From: Octopus sinensis
Lineage: Eukaryota
Direction of reading: 5' to 3'
DNA length: 54,296 nucleotides
NCBI RefSeq assembly: GCF_006345805.1
Contig: NW_021833862.1
Location: forward strand, 1 to 54,296
Shown here: positions 27,261-39,851 of the stretch, piece after piece
How the letters are laid out: each line of letters opens with the position of its first letter
Position numbering within the stretch: position 1 is the stretch's first letter
Position numbers and translations under genes: made by a program
Notes under the pieces: model-generated
Seen by the model: the letters and a program-made list of their open reading frames with translations, nothing else
Databases searched by the model: none
Told to the model about the DNA's origin: nothing

Positions 27261-28105
27261 TCTATTTTGTCGTCACCACCGTCATCGACGTCATGTTTCG
27301 CAGTTGCAACATCCTCTTTCCTCACAATAAATCTTCTGCGACGAATAAGAACTGTTGCCCTGGTTGACCTTTGGATGTGAGGTAGCTATGTTCTGGGAGG
27401 GGAGATCGTGTAGAGAGCTTTTAACGAACTCTTTATCACTGATAACATTGATGTCAGTTTGGTAGCTGGAATTGCGGTGGTGGTGGTAGAAGTAATGTTA
27501 ACGGTTTTGATGATGATAATGTTGATGATCAAGGAGGTGGTGGTGGCGATGATGATGATGATGATGTGACTGATGAGGTTGCTGTCTTTGAATGCGACGG
27601 TGGTGGTGGTGGTGGTGGCGATGATAGTGAAACATGGAAGTATGAGGAAGAGGGAGGGTAAGAGTAGATTTGTGTGAATTATCAATTATACAATGACATA
27701 ACTGTAGTGGTGGCGGGGGGGTGCAGGGGGGGGCGGTAAATGGTTTGTGGTGTTATAAATGGGCCTCGGTGTGTTCACCAGAACCGCCACCGCCATCGCC
27801 ATTACATCCACCATCATCATCATCATTTTTGTGGTGGTCATGTCCGGTAACAGCTGTGATAACAGTAAGAACAGTAATTAATATGATATTCTGTGAAGTG
27901 GGAGTTGTGGGAAATGTATGGGGAGGGGATTGGGAAGGGAGTGTGGAATTTCTCGGGTATTGGGGGCTGGGTGGATGTAGTGGAGTTGATGTAGAGAGAG
28001 AGAGAAAGAGAGAGAGATGGGGAAGAGAGAGAGAGAGAGAATGGGGAAGAGAGGGAGAGAGACGGAACGAGAGAGGGAGGGAGACATAGACAGACAGACA
28101 GACAG
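27195..28105. repeat. Low-complexity triplet (GTC/GAT/GGT/CAT) and (GA)n tracts
   Basis: Direct reading. Confidence 0.85.
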
Positions 28106-28484
28106 ATATGCTGCATTTTAGATTATTCCAGTTGAAGGCAGTTGACGGAACAAACGCACATGTATGCATGTATATACGCGCATATAGGTATTATGTATGT
28201 ATATATATGTGTGTGTGTGTGTGTATATATATGCACACACACAGATATGTATATAATGTATACAATGTTAATGAACGTGTATGCGTGTGCATAGATTTCT
28301 CTTTGCAAACGGAAGAAGCATTCAATAGCTGGTGCAACATTTAAGAGCAAGTAAATGACTGAGTCTTTGATAGTTTAATATTTCAGCCGAAGATTGCAAA
28401 ATCAGACAACACGAAAGGGATCAGCTTCGACTGGGACATACTTGTACAACAGACTGCAGAGGGCACTGAGCCGGAAAACTACAC

Positions 28485-28531
<47 letters not shown>

Positions 28532-29030
28532 GTGACTAGATAGAAATGGAACGAGTGAGAGAAGAGAGGGGGATGGTGTGTGTGTGTGAGTGTAAGAGAG
28601 GGAGAGAGAGGCAGATAATATAGAATGGGAGCTGGAGCCCTAGAACCAGAATGTATTTTATAAAATAGTTTATAGCCATGTTGCTTAAAAAGGAGACACT
28701 TGGCGCCCTCTGGGAGGAATTTTTCATCTGGAGTGAAGAATTTTAATTCCAGAAGGAATTGGGAGGAATTTAATTTTGTACAAAACATATTCATTTACTA
28801 TATCAGGGTAATTTGTTTCATTTGGTGGTCCAACACACACACACACATATATATTAAGTCATATGTCTTATATGCATATAAAAATATATATCTTTATATA
28901 ACTTTATATAAGTATATATATAGTTATATATAACGGGAAGCTTTATGAACATAAACAAAAGACGAAGGCAGGTGGAAAACAAACGAACAATTGTATTAGT
29001 ATGGCGCTCAGGAAATATAAATAAAACAAG

Positions 29031-29068
29031 TCTTTAACGTTTCGAGCCTACGCTCTTCAACAGAAAGA
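29031..29068 (-). ncRNA. Minimal hammerhead-like motif with core mutation (CUGUUGA), in a Penelope-type LTR fragment (~28930-29140)
   Basis: UCUUU CUGUUGA A GAGC GUAG GCUC GAAA CG UU AAAGA: stem I 5 bp and stem II 4 bp, both perfect. Confidence 0.55.
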
Positions 29069-29139
29069 TACACAGAGAGAGAAAAACACAGAAAGAAGGA
29101 GAGAAAAAAAAATGCGTGCAGTAGCTAACGAATCAACAT

Positions 29140-29258
29140 GATATTTATACACACACACACATATATATATATTTATACACACACACACAACACACACACA
29201 CACACCACATATATATATATATTATACACACACACACACCACACACACACACACATAT

Positions 29259-29322
<64 letters not shown>

Positions 29323-29388
29323 GTATATATATATAATATGTATATATATATATATATTATATATTATATATATATGTATATATATATG

Positions 29389-29480
<92 letters not shown>

Positions 29481-29508
29481 TATGTATATAATATATATAT
29501 ATATATAT

Positions 29509-29559
<51 letters not shown>

Positions 29560-29567
29560 TATATATG

Positions 29568-29614
<47 letters not shown>

Positions 29615-29714
29615 GTATATATGTATATGTATATAATATATATATATATATATTATATATGTATATATATATATATATATATGTATATGTATATATATAT
29701 ATATTATATATATA
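29140..29714. repeat. (CA)n then (TA)n microsatellite
   Basis: Direct reading. Confidence 0.95.
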
Positions 29715-29995
29715 CAAACAAAGTCATGGAATGAGTTGTCAGAGGGAAACAAATCGCATTCCTTGATGAAAACGACTTGCTGAGTGATACCCAGCATAGT
29801 TTTCGACCAAGTAGGAGCTGCCTGACTCAGCTCCTACAGCATTATGACTGGGTGTTGAGGCAGTTACACAGCAACGTAATATACCTTGACTTTACAAAAG
29901 CTTTTGATAAAGTGGTTCATGGTAATATATGCCACAAACTGCGTGATCTCGGCAGAGCTGGAAAACTTGTCGAGTGGTTACATGAATTCGTTTTC
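29715..29995 (+). mobile_element. CR1-group LINE RT fragment related to family A
   Basis: [44 protein letters not shown], homologous to about 2820-3110. Confidence 0.88.
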
Positions 29996-30716
29996 AAACG
30001 AAAACTACTGTAACTCTACTACACTTGCCTCTTATATACATGGTTTAAAGAGAATAACAAAAGATATTCTCTTGAATGGTCTGTTATATCGAGGGTCCCT
30101 TATTTCAGAGTTAATATTAATAAGTGCAAGCTGTGTGTAAGGGAATCCCTTGCCAACCTTGTCTTTTGGGCCTAAAACTTTAATTTAGCTTTACGGGGTT
30201 TTGAAACCGGCGAGTTAAAATTTGTTTCAACAACAGCCATCTGCATGTTTAGCAATGAAATAATTCGTTTTTTTTTGTGTGTGTTAAAAAATTTGGACTG
30301 GTCCTGTGATGGGTTTATCGTTAAACTTAGCCATGCAGGGTTGTATGAACTTTTTGGTTTTGCTTTGTGGGTTATGGTGTTCATTTGAAAAGTTGTTGAT
30401 TGCTTGAAGAATTTTTGATTGTTATATCGGAATCGACAGAGGATATCGAGGGGGCGTTGGGACCGATCTCACGAGATGTGACTTGTCTTAGTTTTCAGGA
30501 ATTTTTCGTCGTTGTATTTACTTTTTTGATAGGCTGTTCTGTATATTTGTATTTTATTCGCATATATATTTTTACCTTCAGTTTTTTTTTTTGTATATGT
30601 ATATTTTATATGTTTAAGAACCATGGTAATATTTATACATGATCAAATGTTTGAGGTATGGTGTTATATATAAAGTTGTTGGCTCGAATTTGATGTTTGT
30701 TCTATGATCAATGTTT

Positions 30717-30759
<43 letters not shown>

Positions 30760-31373
30760 TAGCACGTGTATACACGCGCGCGTGCGCATATATGCCACAA
30801 ACTGCGTGATCTCGTGATATATATGTGTGTGCGTGTATATATAGATAGGCTTAGAGTTAGTGTGAGAAGGAGGAAGTGGGTCGAAAGTTCAGGTGAGAAA
30901 GGGATCATGAGAAGACCTACTGACTGTGACACCATTCGAAACCCCTCATCGCAACTTCACTCCTTTATTAAAGAGTGCAGAACCGAATTTAGACACGTGT
31001 TTCATGATGGAGGAATGGGTTGATTGTTTACTAAGGGTGGGGGAGGACGTAAATAGGGCATTGTTATGTTCAGAGGTTCACGTGTTTAACATGGACGGCA
31101 GTGAATGTCTGACAAAAGGGTTTGAGTCACCAAGAAGGGGGAGGGGGAGAGACACGTGACTATTCTGGATGCAAAATGTATTTCGTGGAAAACAAATTGA
31201 AATATTATAAATCCATGAAATTATTCAAATAACAACAATTAAAAAATGTGAACACCAAATACACAAACACGACGACATTTGAATTAGTTTCTAGAAAATG
31301 TTCTGTAGTTTAAAGGTGATGGTCACCATGTCCTTTTTCGTTTGTTTTTTTTTTTTTTTTTTTTTTTTCGTAG

Positions 31374-31465
31374 TTCTCGAGCTTGTCCCATCGTCTGAAG
31401 AGAACATGACAGTTGTCGAAGTAAAACAGCTGTTAAAACTGGTTAGAACCATCGAGGAATTCTGA
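31374..31465 (+). other. Candidate small exon (LELVPSSEENMTVVEVKQLLKLVRTIEEF*)
   Basis: Long poly-T, then CGTAG acceptor, then a short protein-like frame; no homology recognised. Confidence 0.2.
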
Positions 31466-31989
31466 ATTCTCAACAGACACAGTCAGTTACCTAAAATAAG
31501 TCCTTAATGTGGTCTCTCACATGTTAGAAATAGCAGTAAAATCTCGCTCAGATCACTCTACGTCGTCTTAGATAGCAAAGGGACAAGTTACTTCTATCTT
31601 CATAGTAAAATGAATTTATTGAATATATGACGGGTACATACTTTATTAAACCCTAAGAGTATGGACAGTTTATTCTGATCGGGTCAAAGAGTTTTACACA
31701 CACACACACATTATAAATGAACAGACAATATTGTAAGATAAAGTTCAAGAGCAATTTGAGATGAGTTCCCGGTGTCATGTCAACACCAATCACTTAAGTT
31801 CTGCCTACGACAGTGGCAGCGACACATGCCAACAGTACTTCACCCAGAAGATGAGACCATGATGGCCCATTAAAGAGGTGTATTTATGCATGCTCTTACG
31901 TTCAGCCTCTATCTCTATATCGGGCTTCTCTTCGGGAAATTGTTATCGAACGTCTCTCACTAAAGATAATTAATGTGTCTGGGTGTTGA

Positions 31990-32130
31990 CGGGGTAACTC
32001 CAACTGGTGCGGGTATGGTTAAAAACTTTACTTTAAAACAACATGGTTTCAGGTTCGATTCCATTCTACGACACTTTGGGCAAGTGTCTTGCATTGTAAC
32101 CTGAGGTCGATCATCAAAGTCTTTCAGTGA
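31990..32130 (+). mobile_element. Degenerate SINE head
   Basis: CATGGTTTCAGGTTCGATTCC..CACTTTGGGCAAGTGTCTT: B-box-like and core-like motifs. Confidence 0.55.
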
Positions 32131-35100
32131 GGAGCAACTACGTTGCAAAGCAATTCTGTGGTTGTGCTGCACAGTTTATATATCACCTGATTGAATACAC
32201 TCCCCCTGGTGGCGCTGCTTGGGAGATAAATATTCCAAGATGGGGGTATTTCTGTAGTATTTTACACATGAGTAATTTTGACAATAATTACAATTCCATT
32301 TCTAATGAGGAAATGAAATTATTTAAGGAAATTAATTAATGACAAGGAAATTAAAGCATGGCTATTTAGCAGATGAAATTACATTTGTTTTAGGGTCTCC
32401 ATATGTTGGCCTTCCAGAAATTTTTTTTGTAGTAGTAGTAACTGTGTTTGTAGAATGTTCTTTATCTTCAAGTGAATCTCTCAATATATCGAATGTCACA
32501 CTGGATGTTATCATTTCTCATTATGACGCACATGATCGAGTCGTTTGCAACTATTTTATATGCATTCATTCTCTCAATACAAACACCTCAGCACAAAATC
32601 GAAGTTAATGTCTCAGAGAAAGCCACTTACTCTCAACATTGTCCCTTCAGCTTCTTTGTGAATTGGAGACAGTTTTATTAAAGTGACACAGATTTTGAGT
32701 CAGAGATAGTCTGAAAATTTTACTTTATATGCGGACACACCCGCTGTTCTTTCAGTGAAGTCATAATGCTATCCTACCGGACGGGGACACACACACATAC
32801 ACACACACGTACTATGACCATCCTTCTAACAATGTGGTCACTTAATGTCAAAGACATCGACCCAGTAAGAAAAAGTAATTTTCAAATTCCTTATAATGTA
32901 AGGAAATGTGTGATGGCATAGTTAATGAGTTTGTTTTTACGCGTTTTTAGTTTCGATCAGCTCAGTAGCTCGGTTAAGCATTATCTAACACAACCTCAGA
33001 TCGACCAGGCCCTCAGAAAGCTACTTAGTAGTCAGAAATTGTGTGGAAGCCTGTCAGAGAGCTTCTTTTCGGTTATGGAGTTCACCAGTCTCCTGGTTTT
33101 TCAACGTAATCTAGCTCTTAGCCATCTTAAGTGGGGCCGTGGTTAATTGACAGTGGGAACATTGTGGAAAGCGTGACCCCTCCCCACTCATTCTCACAAA
33201 TGCTGGAGGCTCTGAAAATGGGGACATGAATAATGTTCTATTTTCCCCTGACTAGACCATTAACATTATGAAACCCCTTAAACAGAAGCGAAGTTTAATT
33301 TAGGATGGAAGCGAACTGGGTGCAGATGTGTTCCTATTAAGGTACGAACGTCATCTACATTTAGACTTCCGCCTTCAACAAATTTTCCTTAAAAATCATT
33401 GGGAAAGGCAGGAACACCATGACCCCCACCCCCAATATTCCCATAAAATTCTGTAGTTATTTATCTCCAAGGCTGCTCCGGTTGAATATACCTATCATCA
33501 AAGGCTTTCCAGCCGTGACAGTTTCGTGTTTTTTTTTATGTATCTATTATTATATTTTGCAATGTACTTTTCCTTTGAGGTGGTAGGATGTGATTTCAGA
33601 AAGTTTTGGCTGCTATTTCTGTCGTAAAGATATAAATTCGGTAGATTTGTAATTGAAGGACAAATAGAAAACAAATGCTAAAATAAAAATGTTTAGGTGA
33701 AGCATACACACACACACATGCATATTATGTATGTGTGTATGTATATATGCATGTATATACACACACAAACACAAGTGACTGAACAAACGAAAGAACGTGG
33801 CACTCAACACATTTCGTAGGAGTTGTAAAAAAACAGCTCCATGTGACTTAAGTTTCGTGGGAGGGAAAGACAGACCCAGCTTAACAAAATCTTCTCCTTT
33901 ACACACACACACCTCTATCAGTCTGTTTGCCTGCCAGTCTGTCTGTCTAGCTGTCTGGCTCTGTCTACTTGTGTTTGTATTAAACCCAGATACCCACCCC
34001 GACATACACACGCATAACTAATGTATGGACAATTCGTAATCTTGTTAATCTTCATATTTTATGTCTTTATTATAATTACTTTGGCTCAACCCCAAAATGT
34101 AAACATTGCTTATTATTGAGGGAGGGAAAACTGAATGGATGGAAGGGGATGTGGTTTGGAATTGAAACCTTTTGTGTGAACGGTGGAACAATAAATTTCT
34201 TGTAAACATATGACTGTCAATGGTTGTGACGATGATAATAATAATACTCGTGTGTGTATATGTGTATTCACACTCAAGTATGTGCGTGTGTTACAAGTGT
34301 AGAATATAAATTTGTGTGTGTGTGTGTGTTATATAACAGAAGGAGTTAAATAAAACATTTAAAAATTCACGTGAGAGTTTCAGGGAAGTTACTGTGGTGT
34401 CACCTTGTTTACAAATGGCAGTTAAACGATAGAATTAAATGGGTTTTAAGGGGTGGGGGATGAAGGAAATTTATGAGGGTGACAAATGTGTATTTTGTTT
34501 TAAATGTATTGTTTACTGAGTATTCGTATAGAATTGTAAAAATACTTTCGTGGGTACAAAGAAAAGAGAAGATATCAGAACGTTGAGAGGGATTCCGACC
34601 GAAAACCTAAAAAGTATCACATTTTACGATAAGTTTCAATATTGTAAATTCTAATAAATATATTGCAATTCTGAATGTTCTCCAAATACTTTCTCCTTCA
34701 ACAAATATAGTTCTGTTGGTTGAATTTAAGTTTAAATGCGTCCTGAGTTAAGCCAGTATGTGTGATCATTCGGATGACGATTGCATTTGAACAGTTCCTG
34801 AATGTATGATAAAGTGATAAATGTACTAGTCTTAAAGTGAACAAGAATTTCGTGTAATGCACAAGTTCAATTCACTATATTTACTGTTCTTCGTATTATT
34901 TATTGAAGACATTGTTTTAACGAAATCACCGCCTTTTAGAATTTGTAAATTTAAGAGAATTTTGGTAAAGACGTTCTATGTTTATGACTTATAGGAAAAT
35001 AAATGCGGACAAGTTTTAGAAATATTTCGTCAAGATATTAAATAAGAGGCCTTATGCAACACAATCTTTCATCTACGGTTCCTCTTTTACACAGCTTGGA

Positions 35101-35900
35101 TTTGAGATATATTTGTTCTTTAAAGTAGTTAAATGCCAGGACGTTACAATATTGTTTTGTTACTTTATTAAATGATATTTTGTCATTTGATAAAGAGAGT
35201 TTCTTTAGCCGGACTTGTCTCATCGATTCTTAGTGATACATGGTGATTGATTAGAATTTCGGTCTCTTAATTTAGAATCATTTGCCTTATGGTAAGGCTG
35301 GAATTTATTGTTTTCTAAATTTAAAGAACTCTCTAGGAATGCAACTAGTTTAACATTGGTAGCAGTAGTGGTTATCAAGTTTAGCTCGTTAAGATAATTA
35401 AGGGAGACTTTGTGGGAATTTTATACTCGATGCAAATTAGGGGAAAGTTTTGTGCTATTCTTTGACCTAGACATTTTTGGGGAAAAGTCCAGTCTTTGTA
35501 AGATGCAGCTTAATTTTGAGGCCGTTTTCCGTTGAAAATATTTTTTAATAATAGTTTAGTGATGGAAAGTTAATTATTGAGGATAGCTATGTGAAGTTGT
35601 GTTTGTCACGGATGGATTTAAATGAATTTATGACTGAAAAGCACTTCTGTTGAGTTTGATTCCACCTAAAAATACGTTCGTTAATAATATTTAGTTCGGT
35701 TCTAAACGGGATAAGGAGTCGGCGTGAAAAAGGATTCCTTAATCTAGAATTTCAACTCTACTTTTGATGTTTAGGCAAGAATGGCATGGTTAGATTCGTT
35801 GATAATGAAATGTAAAAGGTTAATATTAATTTTTGTAAGCGTTAATAATGATGTTCTTTAGTAAGAATATTCATTAGTAAGGATGTAATAATGTTCTTTA

Positions 35901-36064
35901 GGCGTAGGAATGGCTGTGTGGTAAGTAGCTTGCTTACCATCCAGATGGTTCCGTGTTCAGTCTTTGGTCGACTCGATGCAATAGTACAAGACACTCGCCC
36001 AAGGTTCCATGCAGTGGAACTGAACTCGGAACCATGTGGTTGGGAAGCAAACCACACCTGTGCC
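35901..36064. mobile_element. Two SINE 5' halves joined in inverted orientation
   Basis: Plus-strand head GGCGTAGGAATGGCTGTGTGGTAAGTAGCTTGCTTACC..GTTCAG (35901-35960), followed by a minus-strand head (35961-36064). Confidence 0.75.
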
Positions 36065-36112
36065 TTTTTTTTTTTTGTTTAGAAAGCAGGATTTTGAGCC
36101 TCTTCTGAATGA

Positions 36113-36418
36113 GATATCAGCGTAACCACTGACAAAACTGATGACATTTGGAAGATTCTGGTTGAAAGAAGAATTGAAGATGAGTTCAAAGGTCATCCCT
36201 ACTGTGTCGGCCCCGCCCCCAACAGTTTCGAACAAACCACCGCAGTCATTCTTTCCATCTCAGAATCTGAGAATCTTTTTAATGGTTTTGAAGCAACTGT
36301 CGACTGGGAATATTTTAAACTGGACGTCGGCATCAGTTTGGCCCTTTTCGAGGGATCTAAGAAGGTCGACAACCCAATCCTCTTCACCAAAACAGAAAAT
36401 GCTTATTTAAGAATCTAG
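36113..36418 (+). CDS. Candidate terminal coding exon of an unknown protein (101 codons, no start codon)
   Basis: Stop-free frame DISVTTDKTDDIWKILVERRIEDEF...KVDNPILFTKTENAYLRI*. About one third of codons start with G; poly-T acceptor at 36081-36082; AATAAA at 36631-36636. An upstream in-frame TGA at 36110 requires a different acceptor or a 1-nt indel. Confidence 0.4.
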   Translation, partial: DISVTTDKTDDIWKILVERRIEDEFKGHPYCVGPAPNSFEQTTAVILSISESENLFNGFEATVDWEYFKLDVGISLALFEGSKKVDNPILFTKTENAYLRI

Positions 36419-37255
36419 GAACGAGGAAATCCAACAATGACATTTTATTGATCAATTCTGTTTTTGCTCTCTCAGCGCCGCCCATAACATTTCGAATGAT
36501 TCTTCATGATGTGTGTCTGCAGGATTGAGCGAGAGGCTGCATGCAAGTGATGCAAAGCAAGTCTCTAAATCATTCTAAGAATGCAGAATGAATATTTTCT
36601 GAAGATGGTCGAAAGTTTGGAGTGTTAATCAATAAATTCTTTGTATTTTTCAAATTATATCAACTGCATATTTAGGGGCTTCAAGGTTTGTGTGTGTGAT
36701 CGTGCGCGCGGGTGTTTGCGAGTGAATATATGTCGTCAGTCTGTATAAAATGCGTCTACAGGCACGTGTATAGAAATACATTTTACTCTTAAAACGTTGA
36801 ATTTTTTTTTTATATAATACACACCCATTCACTCATATAATGTATACATGTGTGTGACGCATGTACACACACACGCACACACACATGGAAGGCTGATGCA
36901 TATGAATTTAGGCAGTACAATCTTTGTTCATTTTACTGGAATATTTAATCCCTTAGAGTGCTCAATGATTCAACAGGTAGTCACTGCTATGACTTTATAA
37001 TGTAAAATAAACAAACGATATAACAGAGAAAGCATATATGAAGCAGTTAACTGTCGCCATTCGGTGTACCTGGGAGGAGTAAATAGATTATATTCAGTGG
37101 AGGAGAGTGTAGAGCGGGGGCGGAGGAGGAGGAGGTATTGAAAGTGGACAAAGCGTTACTCGGAGTCTTGTTTTCATTCTCTGAAAGGTCAATGGACAGA
37201 TTTGCGAAGTTTCGATTTGCAATACACACACACACACACACACACAAACACGCAC

Positions 37256-37333
<78 letters not shown>

Positions 37334-38071
37334 TGTGTGTGTGTGTGTGTGTGTATGTATGAGAGAGGTGCGAATATCTAAATATATACTCACATTTACG
37401 TACACATTTTTACAGCAATTATGACATGTATATACATTTGTATTCTATATTGACGTAGACAAGTTCACACACACACACACGTAAATATATATATATATAC
37501 ATCTACATCTTTTCTATATACTGCAATGTAAAATAAAACGGGAAATCAATAGGGAAACTGAATTAATGAATGAAAATGAAGTTTGAAGTGTTTCCATCTG
37601 GTCATGTGATTGTATGGTAGTCCCGGGGATGGGGGAGAGAAGTCAGTGTAATGTGTGGGTGTGTGTGTGTGTGGTATATGGTTGTTTATGTAAGTGGATA
37701 TTTGTGAGTGAATAGTGAGAATGCGTGTGTTAGTGTGTCTCATTGTGTCAGTGTATGTGTTCATGAGTACGTGTATGATTTGTGTGTGTGTGTGTGTGGG
37801 GGGGAGTGTATCTGCATGGTAAGAGGGTTTACGAATGTATCTGTATATGTCAATGTGTGATTATCTCTTGTGAGTGTATGTGTATGTATGCGTATGTATA
37901 TGTGTATGTATGTGTATGTGGTGTTTGTGTGAGCTTGTGATGAATGAATAAAACATCTATCTGTGGATGTATTAATGGCTGCCTGCCTGTATATGTGTGT
38001 GTGTGTGTGTGTGTGTTGTGTGTGTTTAAGTGGACATATGAGAAGTGTACGGGTATATGAAAGGTGCGTTC

Positions 38072-38128
<57 letters not shown>

Positions 38129-38639
38129 AAATAAATTAACTTTAAAACCTAATGTTTTCAATTTTACTTGGCCACCATTATTCATTGTTCTATATTTAAT
38201 CCTTGTCACGTGCCTCAGTCTATCACATAATCACTCAAGGAAAATGAAATCGGGATTTGTTCAAATATAAATTAATATAAAGTATCAAACATAATATAAA
38301 GTATTAAACAACAAAGAGTCTCAAATAATTCGTAGATTTAAGCATAGCGTTCTAAGCAATACAGCCTATCAAACAACATAGAGAATTAAAAGTGTAAAGT
38401 CTGCCGCGAACCTAAAGACGAATAAAATTGTTGCTTCTCTGAAACCTGAAGACTTTTAGGCGGCCGACTGTGCAAGAGGCCCCTTTAGAGTCTAGAGAGA
38501 TATGTTGTATTGTCAGGCGCCTAAAAGTCTTGGAGTCCTAGAGACTGGAATATTGCTCCATCTAGGGTCTAGACGGAGCACTATTCCATCACAGTGCTGA
38601 CTCACGGCTGCTGATGGTATTAATTTTTAATTGAATATA

Positions 38640-38752
38640 CGAGAGCAACGTAAAACGAAACACTTTGCTCAAGGAGGCCATACTCGGTCTGAGAATTGAA
38701 CCGACGACCGAGCGATCGCGAAGGCCAACCGCCGACTCACAACGGCACGCAC
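38640..38752 (-). mobile_element. tRNA-derived SINE head (second family)
   Basis: The minus strand reads ..GGTCGTCGGTTCAATTCTCAGACCGAG..CCTTGAGCAAAGTGTTT, with B-box-like and core-like motifs. Confidence 0.55.
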
Positions 38753-39851
38753 TGTTTAACACGCTAGAATATTAAGCAATAATAACTTGAGAACATAAAT
38801 ACCAAAATATATTTTATCCCCTCCCCTTCTACTTACACACCGATCCACCACTCTTGCCCGTGCAAATATGAAGACAACTAGGTCACTAATGAGGTTTAAT
38901 AAGAACAAAATGTGCTCGGTGTTGTCGCCCTTACTTGCCAAAAGGATTAAAGCAGTGTTCATGTAGCAAATGTTTTCTTTTCTTCACCGTATTAATATTT
39001 CTAATTACATTAGTTAGGATTTTTTCCTCTCTTCATTGAATATGTTGACAATAACTTGACAATCATCACTTTTAAGTCCGCTTTCAGTATTGGTATGGGT
39101 TTGATGGATCGTCATGGTTCGGGCAATTTCCTGTTAGGAACCATTATTCCCATTCGCTGCTCTTCTTGTCATCTGGCTTCGTTTCTACGGCTCATCTCCT
39201 TCCCATTGTCAACCATTTTGCCAGACGCGCCTTTTGGTGGCACTATCACTCTACAAGTTGAATAAGAGGACCTCAGAATCCTGCTCCTTCTCTGCTCATT
39301 TGCTGACCACTTTACGGGGTGTACTGGATCAATTTTGTTGTAGCAGAAGAGGAAAGGTTGTCTCACCCACCCCTCACTGTTTTGGCAGTGAGTGATGCCC
39401 TAAAGAGGAAGAATAGCTGAGGTGTGAAGAAGACCCAATAGATTGGTCAAGTGGAAGGGTGAGGGTAGAACGATGCAAACTTCGATACATAAGGTTAGTG
39501 AGGGATGAAGGAATGAAGTGGACAACCAATGTCGTCTCTTATACATAGGCCGAGTGAAGGGATGCGAACGGACAGGGTGGGCGTCAAAAGAAAGGGTGTA
39601 AAATGGGTGGATGGGCAGCATGACTGGCAGGGGATACGTTATCTCAGCTGCTGAATACCACTTGGGTATAATAGAGGTGGTCAGCTCTACAGCAGCCCCA
39701 TATGTGGCCATTCAGTACTATTCTTTTTCCTCCATGAATTGCAGCTCTTAACCATGCTTCAGCGGCTTCCTTTAACTTGCAGTTCTCGACACATCAACTC
39801 CCAACTTCCATATCTGTCACATTCTTTTTAGTCCTCGTAACTCTTCTACGT

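Noticed and set aside
28386-28485. Acceptor followed by protein-like frames (PKIAKSDNTKGISFDWDILV.. or EDCKIRQHERDQL..)
   Set aside because: No good donor, two frames are equally plausible, and it runs into (CA)n.
32631-32710. Minus-strand segment bounded by a good acceptor and AGA|GTAAGT donor
   Set aside because: Stops in all three frames; at best a UTR exon and unsupported.
34540-35890. Possible PLE or Helitron helicase remnant (also 9240-10130 and 30130-30700)
   Set aside because: Looks like decayed TE coding DNA, but no diagnostic motif could be read with confidence.
36598-36620. CTGAAGATGGTCGAAAG as a hammerhead core
   Set aside because: Only 5 nt between the boxes, so stem II cannot form, and there is no stem I.
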